Of a stretch of 64,000 nucleotides of DNA, positions 62,201 through 64,000 are shown in pieces. Location: NCBI GenBank assembly GCA_054600435.1, contig BAAIJX010000001.1:1-64000 (forward strand). Direction: 5' to 3'. The notes beneath the pieces were generated by a model that was given only the letters and a program-made list of their open reading frames with translations, was not told the origin of the DNA and searched no databases. The position numbers were made by a program, and so were the translations under genes. Numbering within the stretch: the stretch's first letter is position 1; each line of letters starts with the position of its first letter. Source of the stretch: Neophaeotheca triangularis (Eukaryota).

Positions 62201-64000
62201 TCAAGAATCAACCCCTTCGTTCTCCTCAACCAGATCCAAAGCCACCACCCAGCCACCACCAAACCCCACGGCTTCATCCCCCCGCAACGCAATGTTAACT
62301 CCGACATCCGCGAGTGAGACATCCCACTTCTCGCCGGCCTTGACAGCCTCTAGCAGCCCAGCGACGGGAGTGCCAAAACCCAGAACACGCTCTGGTCGTA
62401 CGGCTAAAGGCTCGCCTTCGACGAGCGTGGAAGTGCCGTCCAGGCCCGAAACGCCCGTGGGGCAGGAGAGCGAGAGCACGGGCGCGCGTGAGCGGTTGGC
62501 CCAGTCAATGATGCTGCGGGCTTCGGTGTGGAGAGCGGGATCGAGGTTTTCGTAGGGCTCGCCGGCTAAGAGCGCGTCAATGATGACGGCGGGCGGGCCT
62601 GAAAGTGACTTGATGTAGTTGTTTGCTTTTGTCCAGTTGCCTCTTTTGATGGGTCTGCCGGAGCGGGCGAGCTTCTTGACCGTTGAGAGTTGTTTGGCGA
62701 GTTGGGTGGGTTGGCCGTCCAGAGAGCGGTAGCGGTCTGGGTAGCTTGCTTCCGCAAGTATGATGCGCGCGTCGCGATTGACGAGATGCCGCACTGCTGC
62801 TACTGCTCGTGCGCCGGTTGCGTGGTTGCCTACGAGTATTACGACGACGGGCTCGGTGTTCAGTGCGCGTGATGTGGACATGCTCGCTCGGCCTCCTGTG
62901 GCGGCTACACGGGAGGCCCGGCGGCTCGTGCTGGAAGGAAGGGCCTCGGACATTGACAGAGCGAGCTCGGCGATGTTGCGGGCGGCCGTTTCAGTCATCG
63001 CGTCGGGGGTCAGACCGTAGCGAGATGTCGTCCCCATTTCGAGTGTTTCCAACGCAGTCGGGTGGAGGACTGGACAGGGTGCGCCTGTGTTGCGGACGAT
63101 GAAATGTGGCTCGCTTGGCTCTGTACCCGGTGCGTAGTCGTCAAAAGGTTTTCGAGAACGCGAGATGGCTGACCTAGGTGATTGCTTCCGGCCTTGGTGT
63201 GAAGCTGTGGCAATGCCTGGCAGTGGCTTTCCTCCCTTACTCACTAGAGAAGTAGCTGAGCCATTGGTTGCGCGTTGAGAAGAGAGCGATGCAGCGAGAG
63301 GATGCTGTCTGCCATCAGCAAGTAGGCTGTTTTGCCGGCTTGGCCGTTTCTTCGACGCAGGGGCACGGGTCGTGGAATGCCTAGAAGATGAGCGTCCCGT
63401 CGGGAAGTTGACTTCAGTATCGGCCTCGCTGCTGCTACCATCGAGCTCGTTGCTGTGGTACTTGGGTGCAAGCTTCGGACTGAGCACGTTCTCTGTGGGA
63501 TGAAGGTTCTTGCCGCCATACGTCCCTGGGCGAGCGGCGAGCTTATTGTGACTGACCAGTCGATCCTCATCGGCTGTGGTATCCCCCTGACGGATTTCAT
63601 CGAAGACGCCTTTCTTATCAAAGAGTTTGTGGTTGGCTTCAAAGTCGAAGTCTCCCAGGTCTTGAATGTCAGTCGCGTCTTCCGTAGCCCAGCCATTATT
63701 GTACACCTCCCGCTGCTCTCTCCCGGTCTTGCCGTGTTTCTTGTTGCCACGGCCACTTTGCGGCGACGGCTGCAGCAATGGCGTCGAGCGCCAGCCTTTA
63801 CCCTTGCGCGCACCAGCATTGCCGTTCACATTCATGTTCACAGCGTCGTTCATATCATGCCCATTTCTCGAGACCTCTGCATCGATTACCGTTCTCGGTG
63901 GTTGCTGCTCTTGCGTTGTTTTGGCAGGGGTCTTCGCTCCACCCTTCTTCAAGCCTCTGCGCACCTTCTTCTTCGAGCTCTGGCTCTCCTGGACGCCATC
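62201..64000 (-). CDS. EDC3: Enhancer of mRNA decapping 3 (FDF + YjeF_N); 5' end lies beyond the window
   Basis: GWATEDATDIQDLGDFDFEANHKLFDKKGVF FDF domain; VILVGNHATGARA, IIDAL and PTGVSG YjeF_N elements. Confidence 0.92.
   Translation of the reverse strand, partial: DGVQESQSSKKKVRRGLKKGGAKTPAKTTQEQQPPRTVIDAEVSRNGHDMNDAVNMNVNGNAGARKGKGWRSTPLLQPSPQSGRGNKKHGKTGREQREVYNNGWATEDATDIQDLGDFDFEANHKLFDKKGVFDEIRQGDTTADEDRLVSHNKLAARPGTYGGKNLHPTENVLSPKLAPKYHSNELDGSSSEADTEVNFPTGRSSSRHSTTRAPASKKRPSRQNSLLADGRQHPLAASLSSQRATNGSATSLVSKGGKPLPGIATASHQGRKQSPRSAISRSRKPFDDYAPGTEPSEPHFIVRNTGAPCPVLHPTALETLEMGTTSRYGLTPDAMTETAARNIAELALSMSEALPSSTSRRASRVAATGGRASMSTSRALNTEPVVVILVGNHATGARAVAAVRHLVNRDARIILAEASYPDRYRSLDGQPTQLAKQLSTVKKLARSGRPIKRGNWTKANNYIKSLSGPPAVIIDALLAGEPYENLDPALHTEARSIIDWANRSRAPVLSLSCPTGVSGLDGTSTLVEGEPLAVRPERVLGFGTPVAGLLEAVKAGEKWDVSLADVGVNIALRGDEAVGFGGGWVVALDLVEENEGVDS

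Overview
Eukaryotic, intron-containing DNA from a filamentous ascomycete (GT-AG introns with CTRAC branch sites; Dothideomycete-like is my inference). The window has three zones. (1) 1-~2450 is an AT-rich, TpA-saturated repeat relic typical of repeat-induced point mutation (RIP). (2) ~2600-8800 is an accessory block of tightly packed, truncated or stop-interrupted gene fragments: dynamin GED, DUF6540-like, APH-type phosphotransferase, MYND finger and unknowns. Two pairs of these are fused head-to-head with no promoter between them. (3) ~8950-64000 is a core-like gene run: PFA3, HSBP1-like, PUS4, an RFTS/AT-hook/Zn-finger DIM-7/Raf2-like gene, PMP3-like, a vWA/RfeF-like gene, a Pro-Glu/Lys-Ala repeat protein, NTF2-like, FMO, a decayed Zn2Cys6-like gene, PTM1-like, DUF4112, an ArAE/FUSC-like transporter, an MGSCCS small protein, a C2H2 protein, phospholipase D, cyanase, an alpha-arrestin, a Rad4/Dpb11 BRCT protein, SurE and partial EDC3. 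The most notable observations are two alternative N-termini with a duplicated MGLAS(K/R)L motif in the vWA gene, the promoterless gene-fragment mosaic beside the RIP block, a GC-AG intron, two in-frame stop-free introns, and a cyanase with a candidate mitochondrial presequence. All family assignments come from motif recognition by eye; no searches were run. I found no RNA genes or CRISPR arrays and cannot claim a confirmed new biological system.
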